Of a DNA stretch of 64,000 nt, positions 28,129-38,898 are shown one piece after another. The notes below the pieces were generated by a model. It worked only from the letters and a program-made list of their open reading frames with translations, did not search any database and was not told the origin of the DNA. Source of the DNA: Anthoceros angustus (Eukaryota > Plantae > Anthocerotophyta); NCBI GenBank assembly GCA_010909165.1, contig MU008217.1, positions 62,001 through 126,000 of the forward strand, read 5' to 3'. Made by a program: the position numbers and the translations under genes. Every line of letters starts with the position of its first letter. Positions within the stretch are counted from its first letter, which is position 1.

Positions 28129-30450
28129 GAGACAGTTCTCGTGAAATTGGAGAATTTACGTCCTGCGTCGCACCTGACACCTGACGCTCAAATAAGAAGG
28201 GTGGACGAAGCATGGACAAACTATTTGGCACGGGTGATCTCGAGAATTGAAGAGGGTTTTACCCCTGCATGATAGATCCGACGGAATGCCCGATCTCGCC
28301 ACTGGATCGGAAGAAATTGTGGCAAAGACATATGTCATGGGTGTCCCGGTGGGAACCACACATATGCAGCCATGAAACATTTGTGAGATCTCCCGGGAAA
28401 AACGCTTCCAATATGTGGAGGCACATGTGTCGTGGCCTCACTGCGTGAGATGAGAGTCCTGAATCGATCACAATATTATGCCTGACAAGCGGAAGATGTC
28501 TTTTATAGAGCAAGTCGTACAAGGGATGAACTGATGAAACGGGGGTTCGATGACGATGACTTGGAAATTCAACTTATACAAGGTTCTGGGACTTATTGAG
28601 GATGATGAGGCCCGAAACGATGTATACAAACAAAACAAGGTGGACAACAGGACTCATCTTATGCATAGCGAAGGTGAGGCAAAGTCCGGGAGAATGTAGA
28701 CAAGATCTTCTCAAAGTGGAAGTCGGTGACCGCCAGAGCGTAAGAGGCACAGAAGGGCACAAACAAGAAGGGAAAAGGGAAACGAGGGTGACAAGAGTCA
28801 AGAAAGTGGATGCAACGATGTAAAGCCGAAGACATGTTGGCGAAGCCGAAGTCGCTCCAAGGTATTCCAATGGTGATTGTGGGCATGATTCTCATATCCG
28901 CGAAAGAAGGTTTTGGCCCTTATAGATTTGAAAGGGATGGATGACGAAATTACCTTGCGAAAAAATTCCACATCATCCAAGTTGCTATGGCCAAACACTT
29001 GGGATGCTCATCGCTCGAGGAAGTCCGCTAGAATATCCTTATCACTCCATCGACGAAATGCTTGCGCTGTCGCACTCAATTCGCAGGAAAGGCAGGTTGT
29101 CTCTGTTATGTGTTTTCCTCCGGTAGTAATGTGTGGAGGAGGGAGGCGCCGGCCGCCGCCCGCCTACCCTTCCCACTTCCCACACATGAGTAGGCGGTAC
29201 CCGCCTCAACCCCACCCCTTGGCCGTGGAGAAGGGTGGCGGCCGCCGCGCCCGCTGCCGAACGTGGGACCTTCGGTTCTAATGCCTTTTGTGTTCTGGCA
29301 AGAATCAAGGATGTGGACAACCTCACAAAATTACCGACGATTTCCAACATTTTATCTTCAAGTGAACAACGGAAGGGGCTTGAAAATGAGCAAAGAGATT
29401 TATGGACAAAGATCCGAAGCCGGCTTTCAGATTCAATGTCCCCGGCTACGTATAAACAGTTCGATCAAGTCGAGAAACGAATGTCCCGGATATGCGGGGT
29501 TATTTGAGAGGACGAAACTATGCCCTGTTGATCATGGATGTCCCCCGAGGTTTTGATGTAGGATCTATGGACAAAAGGATGGACATCACAAGTATGAGTA
29601 CAGTGTTCCAGAGCTTTCAGGAGAAAACTACATGCGAGGAGTTCCGGATTATCGCATGGTGGTGGAGGAAGCGCATAGGAGGGAGTTCTCTAAGGAAGTG
29701 GTGCAGAGAGAGGTATGGTATCATTTGTATGGGACAAGACAAACATGAGCAATGACAAAGGAGGGTTTGAAACCGTGAGTACGTGATAAGAGGGTGGTGT
29801 CCAAGGACGGAGTTCCAAGGATAGGGCCACGATGATGCCGAATGCCATGGATGGCATGTTTAATAATGGGAGGACGGTCATAGCATATGACACTGGTGAA
29901 AAGGTGTTTACCTTTCTAATGACAAGGTGGTATGCTGCACCAAAGGTCACTGGCCTTGCGATGAAGCTCATAAAACATTTTCAAGGAAGGGACTGGTGCT
30001 TGATGCATGCTCTGTGAGCGGACAACCATTTAGACCTTGCTTTGTGGACGCCACCCAGACGCCATCGAGGCCGACTTGAGGTGTGCAGCTATATTCCGCA
30101 ACGCATCCATGGGCACGAGGTCACGGGCCAAGAAGAAGAGCTCACTTCGAGCCTCATGAGAGGCCCCTCCCGCTTTGGGCGAAGGAAGTATGCATTGAGA
30201 AGGATGGTTTAAAGGCTGTGGTTCCCTCATCAAAAGAATGATGAGGACAACTGGAGAGCTCTTAGACGGGCAGCAGACTTTGAATGCCGCTTTGGGAGCA
30301 ACTGGGGGGGACGGAGTCGAAGGGTGACGGAGACGAAAGGCAGAGCCTCGAAGAAAATGACAGTTTTGACGAGGAGGAGATGGAACAACTGCGCAATGTT
30401 GCAGGCGTTATGGATTCAAGATCGGCCAGCGCCGATGAGTCGCAATGAGC
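28129..30450 (+). pseudogene. Frameshifted ParB-like domain plus beta-class N4/N6 DNA methyltransferase-like gene, 5'-interrupted by the Copia LTR
   Basis: Manual translation across frames: QIRRVDEAW; GGNHTYAAMKHL (28348-28383); IDHNIMPDKRKMSFIEQV; LLIMDVPRGF (motif IV-like, ~29525-29555); PKVTGLAMKLIKHF|SRKGLVLDACSVSG (motif X/I-like, 29940-30022, after a 1-nt loss in a T run); acidic tail. Confidence 0.55.
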
Positions 30451-30733
30451 CCACCTCATATTCCTCCGATTTAGAGTAGGTAGGTTGAAACTATAGGTCC
30501 TACTTAGGAGGGATCACATTTTTTTGTTGTACAATCAGCCAGCCAGTGGTTCGGGACATTGAAGTCAATGGCTTGGATGTTGAGATAGACGATGTGGGGC
30601 CGCCGCCGCCTCTAATGTAACAATGAACCGAAACTATGTTGTATGCATGTCGCGTGCCACTGTATGAACTTCTGAATTTCACCGCTATTTTCAATGTAAC
30701 GTCAGAAGGCGGTTTCCGAACGGGGCTGCATTC

Positions 30734-32120
30734 ATGCAAGAGGGTCCGACCCCAATCGAAGAGGGTTTGTATATTCACCCCCTTGCAAATTTATCGTGTT
30801 TGTTACCTTTGCAAGTACCCGAGGGAAGGTTCCAATCCATCTCCATGGATTTTGTGACAGCCCTCCCACGTACACGTACAGGAAAAGACAGCATATGGGT
30901 GATTATGGACCGGTTGTCCAAATGCTGTCACTTCATTCCAGTGAATTCCAACATCACAGCTCCAAGGTTGGCCAGCATATTCACAAAGGAAATCTTCAGA
31001 CTCCACGGTTGCCCACAGAACATCGTTTCAGACCGCGACCCCAAATTCACAGCAGGGTTCTGGCGAGCCTTCACCGAAACCCTGGGCATCCGACAGAGTT
31101 TGTCCTCCACATGCCACCGAATGGCGGTCGTAACGCCGACATGTGTGAAGATATGTTGAGGCACTACACGCATGACAAGCAAGGCAAGTGGGAAGAGTTC
31201 TTACCTCTCCTCGAATATGCCTACAACAGCTCCAAACATGCGGCCACAGGAGTGTCCCCCTTCAAGTTGTTATATGGAGAGAACCCACCACCACCTGGAT
31301 TATGGCCAGCTAGCGAAGCCAAATGGAGGAGCGCAGCCGAGGTTGCTGAGGACATCTGGCACGAGGTGCACAAAGCAAAGCAAAATCTTCTGTCAGCTCA
31401 GGACCGCGCCAAAAAGTCGAGCAACAAGCACAGGCGGGAAATTTCTTACACCATCGGCCAATTGGTGTGGTTGCGAATTCGTCCTCACCGGTATCCATCA
31501 CTACTCCAGCAAAAGCACAAGTTGGCGTATCGATTTGCAGGCCCCTTCAAGATCTTACGCAAGGTCAATGAGGTCGCCTACACACTCGATCTTCCAGCCG
31601 GTTGGCGTATGTGTCACACCTTCCATGTGAGCATGTTGAAGCCGATCCGTGAGACCCCACTTGCCCTTGCCGCCCTGCGAGACTCGCGCCAAGGGCAACC
31701 GGGAAACCTGCGCCCGCAGACCGGCTGTTTTTTTCGCCAACACGGTGCAATTCTCCAGGACCGACCACGAAGGACAACTCGACCACCACACCACCGACAT
31801 CAGCCACACCACCCCAGCCAAACAACACAGCATGGAAGCGGAACAAATTTCCCCACCATCCCACCACCGACATCACCACCACCTGACCAAACAACATGAA
31901 TGGGCGGAACAAATTTCCCCACCATCCCCAGCTCACCGACCTCGCCCAACATGATAGAATCCTTGAGGTACGCACTCGTCACTTGCGAAACCGATCTGTC
32001 CGTGATTACTTGGTTGGATGGAGCCAGAACCATACCGCCACTGGGAGCCGGACTTCGCAGACGATTTCCTCACCTCGCCGGCTTGAGGGCTGGAGGGACA
32101 GCCTCTTGCGGTGGGGAGAA
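30734..32120 (+). mobile_element. Ty3/Gypsy chromovirus 3' fragment (integrase plus chromodomain)
   Basis: SISMDFVTALP, IVSDRDPKFTAGFW, LEYAYNSSKHAATGVSPF, RFAGPFKIL (GPY/F module), chromodomain-like DRILEVRTRHLRNRSVRDYLVGW; PPT GGTGGGGAGAA at 32110-32120. Confidence 0.88.
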
Positions 32121-32514
32121 TGTTACGATCGCCAGGAGCAGGAACGACCGTGACGATCACCAGCATGGGAGACGAAGCCACGAGGCGGCGAGGCCCAGCT
32201 AGGTTTTAAGACACGGATGGGGTACCCACAAAACCCAAACATAACGATTGAAGCAGGCGGGCTAGATAAAGCATGCTAGAATAAAATATACTTAGGAAGG
32301 TTAGGTAAAGTAAACGTAATTAGATTAGAACTTCCGTTCACCCTAGGAAGACGTTAGAGTTAGTTACTCGGGCCTTCTTGGCTGAACCCGGAAGCGCCCT
32401 TCTTATACCCCGGACACTAAACAAACAGAGCCAATCATAGACGGCTCATTCGCGTTCTTGAGGACCGGTCCTGGAAAATCAGCTGGGCTTAGACCACAGA
32501 TCGGGAACGTGACA
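32121..32514 (+). repeat. 3' LTR of the chromovirus
   Basis: Follows the PPT; imperfect terminal inverted repeat TGTTACGATC...GAACGTGACA. Confidence 0.7.
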
Positions 32515-33156
32515 GGAGTTCTGATGGCTCTGACGTCTAAGATGAAGCTGCGTGATACCAGCGGTGAGACACTCAACTAGGTCCTGCAGCTCATGAATTT
32601 TGGCGCGAGCAGAAAGGATCTCACTTTCCTTTGCCTGCTTGTCAGGGCGCCGCCTCAATCGAGATGCTGGGGCTGCTGAGGTACATACCATTTTGTATCT
32701 GCCAGAGAAGGGTGTTGGACTCACGCTGCGCCTTGAACAGGTTGATCGGGCTGGAAGCCTCGGTGAAGATTGCCGGGATACTGATGTGTGATGATTCTCC
32801 TGGCAAGCTATGCAGACGAAACCCGTTATGATGGAAGGAAAGTTGTCAGCGTCTATGTTGACCTTCCGCCTGGGCGCACCTGAGGCAATCCCTCTCTTAG
32901 GCATCGTGCCTTGCCGCACATGGGCGCTCGTGCGGATTGCCTAAAGCTCTGATACCAAAAAGCAAGTGCGGATCATTGAGGGGCATGAGCAGGTACGAGC
33001 GAAAGCACGAGAGCGCCGCAGAGAAGAATGAAAAACGGTTATTTTGTTCACGGGAAATTGCTGAATATATACAATGGTGATAAGTCTGTTGTAACTGTTC
33101 ATAAAACTACTAAAGCATATTCAACCTAACATATGGATGAATTAACTATTTCTTCA
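32515..33156 (-). mobile_element. 5' end (LTR, PBS, leader) of another LTR element, probably Copia
   Basis: GCTCTGATACCA (reverse complement of the Met PBS) at 32946-32957; ~200-bp AT-rich LTR-like segment ending ...TTCTTCA at 33156, abutting the array-template fragment. Confidence 0.55.
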
Positions 33157-33808
33157 GTCACCATATGTATGGAACCGCTGCCGCTAAGGAAGGCAAATTG
33201 AGTCTTGATGACTTGATCAAGCTCAATAAAAAGAAAGCAAGGCGCGGCGGTGCTCGTCATCAATCACGGGGCCTTATTGTTCCCAGGTGAGAGGTTCTCG
33301 GCGGGGCTCGGAGGTGTTGACACACGACTTACGGATAGCAGTGTAGCAAGGCACGCACCCTACTTAACCTCCAAGGTTTGTAACTACACACTTTGGTGTG
33401 CAGTTAGATGCTTAAGTACTTAGTGGAACTTGTGCATATTTAGTGTTACTTGTGCCTAAAGTCGATATATGATTGGGCGGTTTTGAACTTCAATTTTACA
33501 TTTGGATTTTGTTGTCTGATCTTGTCTCACAGTTTAAGTTGAAGTCTCTAACTTTGTGATACTTAACCCTGACTTTGTTGCAACCCTAACGGTTATTGTG
33601 GTTCTCTTCTGTGCTCGTCGAACCACTAAGCCAAACAACCACTTGGATCTTGATAGCAAACCAATGACCATTGAGGCAATTGATATGCGAATGATAATAC
33701 AAGCGGCAAACCAACGACCCCCAAATGGGAGCGTGGCGGCACATGTTATAGGAAGAGGAGGTAGCCAACGACCTCCTGCCATAGTCAAAAGTGCAGAGGT
33801 CTTGGATG
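33157..33808 (-). repeat. Isolated inverted, unscrambled fragment of the mosaic-array template
   Basis: Reverse complement matches 11461-11900 and 14540-14980 collinearly, with some divergence. Confidence 0.9.
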
Positions 33809-33809
33809 G

Positions 33810-34460
33810 ATAAGCCGTCCTCCGGACCTTGCCCACATCGGAGTTGCCGCCACGCCTACGTAACTTGGCTGGATAGGCCTTATTATCCACGCGTATCCCT
33901 TATTTCTCACACAAATCCTCACGAAAAAAATGAAAAACCCTTACTAATCGATCCGAAGGGGAGTCAAAGCATCTGTCCCTTGTCCACAGAGCGCAACTAA
34001 GAAAATTTACAAGTACAAACCTATGCAGCAAGGTCACATTTTCATCCCCCTTGCCCATTGAAACCCATGGGGCCTTGGGTAAGGTTTTCTCTCGTTTCAT
34101 CCAGGAGTGCACAAGAGCCTACGACAACGACAGGGCGGGGTTGGCCTCCCCCTTTCCAGTGTCATGGCATATTTCAAGCAACGGGTTTCCATCGCCGTGC
34201 AAAGAGCATTGGCCAGCGCCATCTTTAGGATGATCACGAGTGGTGGAGACGCGGCATTGGCGGCACCAGTGGTAAGTAGGCCCTTCCCTATCTCGGACAG
34301 CGACATCTTGGGGGCGGTTGGGGGTTATAAGGTAGATTAGTGCGGGGAGACGCCCCCCTTGGCCTGTGCCCTGTTGTGGATTGTCCCCTTTTGCCTCGGG
34401 GTAGATGGGATTTCTCATCTTGTTCTTTTTATAAAGTCTCCACATTCTCTCTCTTTCCTA
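33810..34460 (+). mobile_element. 3' end of a CRE-like non-LTR retrotransposon (restriction-like endonuclease C-terminus plus 3' UTR)
   Basis: RPPDL...KYKPMQQGHIFIPLPIETHGALGKVFSRFIQEC...YFKQRVSIAVQRALASAI across frames, matching the KY..F.P...ET.G..G / QR.SIA.QR pattern of CRE-clade elements. Confidence 0.65.
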
Positions 34461-34466
34461 TTGTAT

Positions 34467-34790
34467 AAAACTTAAGTTAAACTTTCTGTTTAGGTGCTTA
34501 ACTTTTAAAACTTAAATTAAACTTTCCTTTTTAGGTGCTTAACTTCTAAAACCTAAGTCAAACTTTCTTTTTAGGTGCTTAACTTCTAAAACTTAAGTTA
34601 AAGTATCTTTTTAGGTGCTTGACTTCTAAAACTTAAGTTAAATTTTCTTTTTAGGTACTTAACTTCTAAAACTTAAGGTAAACTTTCTTTTTAGGTGCTT
34701 GACTTCTAAAACTTAAGTTAAACTTTTTTTTGAAGTATCTAACTTCTGAAAATTAAGGTAAACTTTCTTTTTAGGTGCTTACCTTCTAAC
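34467..34790 (+). repeat. 40-bp tandem repeat, ~8 copies (AACTTCTAAAACTTAAGTTAAACTTTCTTTTTAGGTGCTT)
   Basis: Direct inspection. Confidence 0.9.
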
Positions 34791-35351
34791 TTAATGAAAG
34801 TTCTTAAGTAACCTTAGACTCTTTTGCTAGCTTATTTTCACCCTCAATTTATAGTGAGCGGCCCTTTTCGTCCCAACCCTGGGCGAGGGAGACGGCTTTT
34901 CGCGGGAACATCGGCCTTCCGCGCGGAAGACTTTCAGCACTTGGAAGGCTGCGTTGAATTCGGGCTTTCCGTTGTTCTCTATTCCATTTCTCCTCTCTGA
35001 CTTCCCTCACTTCATCTTGCACCTCTTTCACGTAGCTCGATTTTTTCAAAATTGGAGGAGGAGAAATGGATCTTCCAATATCCTAAATTCTTGGAACATC
35101 TTTCCATGTTTGGGCGTGTAACACACGATCTATGGCACTGCGTTTTGGTATCCAAAATTCCACATGGCCAGCAGGCCCTCAAGTGTCTTGAAACCTCACA
35201 AAACGGTGGATTAAGGTCGGCTGATCACAATCGCGCCCTCTTGCTCAGTCTGCTATCGGGCAATCGGGCCCTCTTCCTCAAACTCTGCGTTGATTCCTTC
35301 CTTTTCTTGAAAACTTGAGAACTAGCCACTAGTCCTCTCACTTTCTTATCC

Positions 35352-38089
35352 TCACGGTCGACCCTTACAACTGCAACAACCATTTGCGAATCGATGCAAA
35401 CGGTACCCATCCCTCACAACAATGTCTCTCTTTTCAAGCCTTGACATGATCTCCGTGGAACTGTGGCAGTCACTGCACATGCGTAGATTCTTCGTTACCA
35501 CCAGAGGTGTCCCACTCGGAGTGTTCAAGAGGCCAAACGCCAGAGCTAGTTTCTCAGCATGCCCACAGAGCACATCTTCCTTTTCCTTCTCACACAGTGG
35601 CTTCAACACCAACTTTGTGTGAGGTACATGGCCTCCTTCCTGCTTCACACGTGCATTCGTGCTCTCCACCTTAAATGCAATATCGTCTCTCTTTTCTCCC
35701 ACCAGAAATCTGTGTACCTCCTTTTTCACCTCAATGGTCGCCACTGCAGGTTTCTTGTTAGCTCCTGCTACCATTCTCAATGTTTCAATCCTGTCTACAT
35801 CGGTCCACCTACCTGCATCTGCATAGGCATTGGCCATGAGCACATAGGCGGGTGCCTGCAGGGGTTCCAGCCTAACAATGCTTTCAAAACACCACACCGC
35901 TCTCTCTATATCCCCGTGGCTTTTGCAGGCATTCAACAAAGTCATCAAGCCCACAACATGACTTTTACCCTCAAATGATAATAGTATCTTCTGTGCCTCA
36001 TCTAAATAGCCGGCACGCCCAAGAAGATCAATCATGCAGGTGTAATGCTCTGCAGTAGGTTTGATGCCATGCTGTTCAGACATGGAATCAAAGTGCTTGC
36101 GACCCTCCTGGACTAGTCCCGCATGACTGCAGGCTACTAGAAGGCAAGTAAAAGTAGAATCATTAGGCTGAACACCGGCAACTAACATCTCCTCAAAACA
36201 AGCTAGTGCCTTGAGACCTTCATCACAAGTACCATAACCAGATATCAGGGCATTCCATGTCACCACATCCTTTGTGTTCATGCTGTCAAAAACCTGGCGT
36301 GCATCTTCCAGTTCACCACATTTTGCATACATGTCCACCAGGCAGGTGCCCACACTACGTCATCCAGCAGTCCTCTTTCGACAATCTGTGAGTGCAGCTG
36401 CCTGCCCTTCTGTAAGGCACCAGTGCTTGCACAGGCCTTCAGAAGGCAAGCAAAAGTAACAGTCAGCCAAAATCTGGCCTCCTGCTCCATTTGTCCATAC
36501 AGAACAAGCGCCTCTGTGAGTCCTTGCTGTGCATACCCAGCTATCAGGGCATTCCATGTCACCACATCCTTTGTGTTCATGCTGTCAAAAACCTGGCGTG
36601 CATCTTCAGTTCACCACATTTTGCATACCCAGATAGGCATTCCATGTCACCACATCCTTCGTGGCCATGCTGTCAAAAACCTGGCGTGCATCTTTCATTT
36701 TGCCACATTTTGCATACATGTCCACCAGGCAGTTGCCAACAAACAAGTCAGTCGGTATACCACTGTGCAACACATCGCGGTGCACTGTTCTACCAGATTC
36801 CAAGTCGGCAGCCAATGCACAAGCTTGAAGGGCAGCTACAAAGACGTGACCATCCGCCTTCACTCCTGACCTACGCATTTCCTGGTACAATTGTACTGCC
36901 TCATTGGGTTTCCCATGCTTTGCGTATGCAGAGATTATGGAAAACCACATGAAGACGTTTGGTTTGCCCACCCTGGTGAACACATCCATGGCCTCCTGCA
37001 GCCTACCTTCACAAGCATACATGCGCAAGATATGATTCCCCAAGAATGCACTCGACTCGTACCCAAGTTTGACAGTGAGATCATGAACTCGTCGCCCCAC
37101 AACCAAATCCTTCTTAGCTGTACACAGTTTCAGCACAGTGTAAAACAGAGACTGAGAAACAGAGTCTGTCTGCGCCAGAGATTCCAGGGCTCCAACGGCC
37201 TCAGAAAGCTTCCCTGCTGACATAACGTGCTCACGGTTACAGCCGTAACGACGCCCATTTCCGATCCTGCACCCAGGTTCAGGCTTATCCCGAGCTGGAC
37301 TTGGAAGGAGGCACCATGACCCATCTGCATATCCAAGGAAACGAGCTGCTCATCAACCCAAGCTGGCTTAAACATGTTGTTTAACCACAGCACCTCGCCG
37401 GACTCCTTACGCCGGAAGTCAGGGTAACGGGAGCTCTTCTTGTGTCGTCTGTTGTCCCACCACAGGGTAGGGTCCAGAAAAAATTGTTGCCACAAGTGCT
37501 CCTGCTCCTGGCGACGATCATCGTTGGAAATCCCGTCCCCACCCATACATTTTCTCGGATGTGGAAGTGCTGGGCTCCTTGCACTGCTGCACCCGGAGCC
37601 CATTTCCGACTCTGCACGTCTCCCAGGTTCAGGATTATCTCGAGAGCTCGAATTGGAAGGAGAGGCACCGTGACCCATGTGCATATCCAAGGAAACGAGC
37701 TTCTCATCAACCCAAGCTGGCTTGAACATCTTGTTTAACCACAGCCCCTCGCCAGACCCCTTACGCCGGAAGTCAGGGGAACGGGAGCTCTTCTTATCCC
37801 GTCTGTTGTCCCACCACAGGGTAGGGTCCAGAAAAAATTGTTGCCACAAGTGCTCCTGCTCCTCGTGGCAACGGCCGGCATCGCTGGAAAAGCCGTCCCC
37901 ACCCGCACACGGTCTCGGAAGTGGGAATGCTGGGCTCCTTACACTGCTGCACCTGGAGGCTTTGTGTGCCAGGGGATGACTCCCTAAGATGCGGAAAGCG
38001 GGAGCTCCTGGTAGAATCCCTGTGTGTGTACACACACCGATTGCAATCTGTTGGGTCCCCAACGAGTCCGGTTGCCATACTGTGGCCAT
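35352..38089 (-). CDS. PLS-class PPR-E-DYW:KP (GRP-type) protein with two tandem OSB-type PDF motifs; several frameshifts
   Basis: ORFs 37130-38089 (MATVWQPD..., two WQQFFLDPTLWWDNRR..PDFRRK..LWL..PAWV), 36606-37223 and 36278-36580 (PPR), 35352-36353 (E, KPAVATIEV, HAEKLA, CSDCH, CSCKGRP). Confidence 0.9.
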
Positions 38090-38898
38090 CGTTCAGGGAC
38101 CGCCGTCAGAAGGTGAGTATGACAACGAACTGAGCCAGGATGCCCAGGTACTGTGCGTGACCACACCATACGAGCTGGCGCTCCGATGCCGGAGCCTAAG
38201 CAATACACATAAAAGTTTCCTCGGCCACTGTGTGGATTTTGCCGTCCCGAAGTTGGTGGGGTTCAAGGGAGCCCCAGGACGGAACAGGGTGACAGAGCTG
38301 CAGGCGGGTGAAGATTTGTCACGAGCCTGGTGGTCTATTGTAGGGCTGAGCCCTTGCTGTGCATACCCAGGTGCAGAAACATCCAGATCATGGACGCCAC
38401 TGCGCTCTTTGGGCAGACCGTTGAAAAAGACACCAACGGTGGACCAAGTGTTTGGGCGGCCACATGGTAGCACCTATGGGTACACAGGAAACACGTAATA
38501 TAGGAATATTGCAGGACAAGTTACTGACGACACCTATTAAAAGTTAGATACGAGGATCGGCGTTTCACTCTGTGCGGCTGTGATACAGGCCACAAAGCCC
38601 CAATTGCTTATACAAGATGAAAATCGAAGCGCATGGGGTTATGAGCACACAAGGCAGGAATAGCGGCTTGTTCTGAATGCTTACACAAATCAGGTAGAAA
38701 CTCCAGGCTATGGGGATGGATGTTTCCGTCTCTGCCCGCTGTTCAGCAGGTTTGTAAGCACTTGCCCTTCACCGTCCAGGTCAGTCCACCAACCCTGTCC
38801 TGGCTGCTGTGAAGGCTGTGGGTTAGTGCGTGTACAGGGGGCGCGTTTGTGAGCGACCTAGTCTTGTCCATGCACCTCCGACCGCGGTCCCTGAACGG
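38090..38898. promoter_or_regulatory. Intergenic region between two divergently oriented PPR-DYW paralogs (possible bidirectional promoter)
   Basis: Head-to-head start codons ~810 bp apart; both are preceded by GCGGTCCCTGAACG(G)ATGGCC. No promoter motif is demonstrated. Confidence 0.35.
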
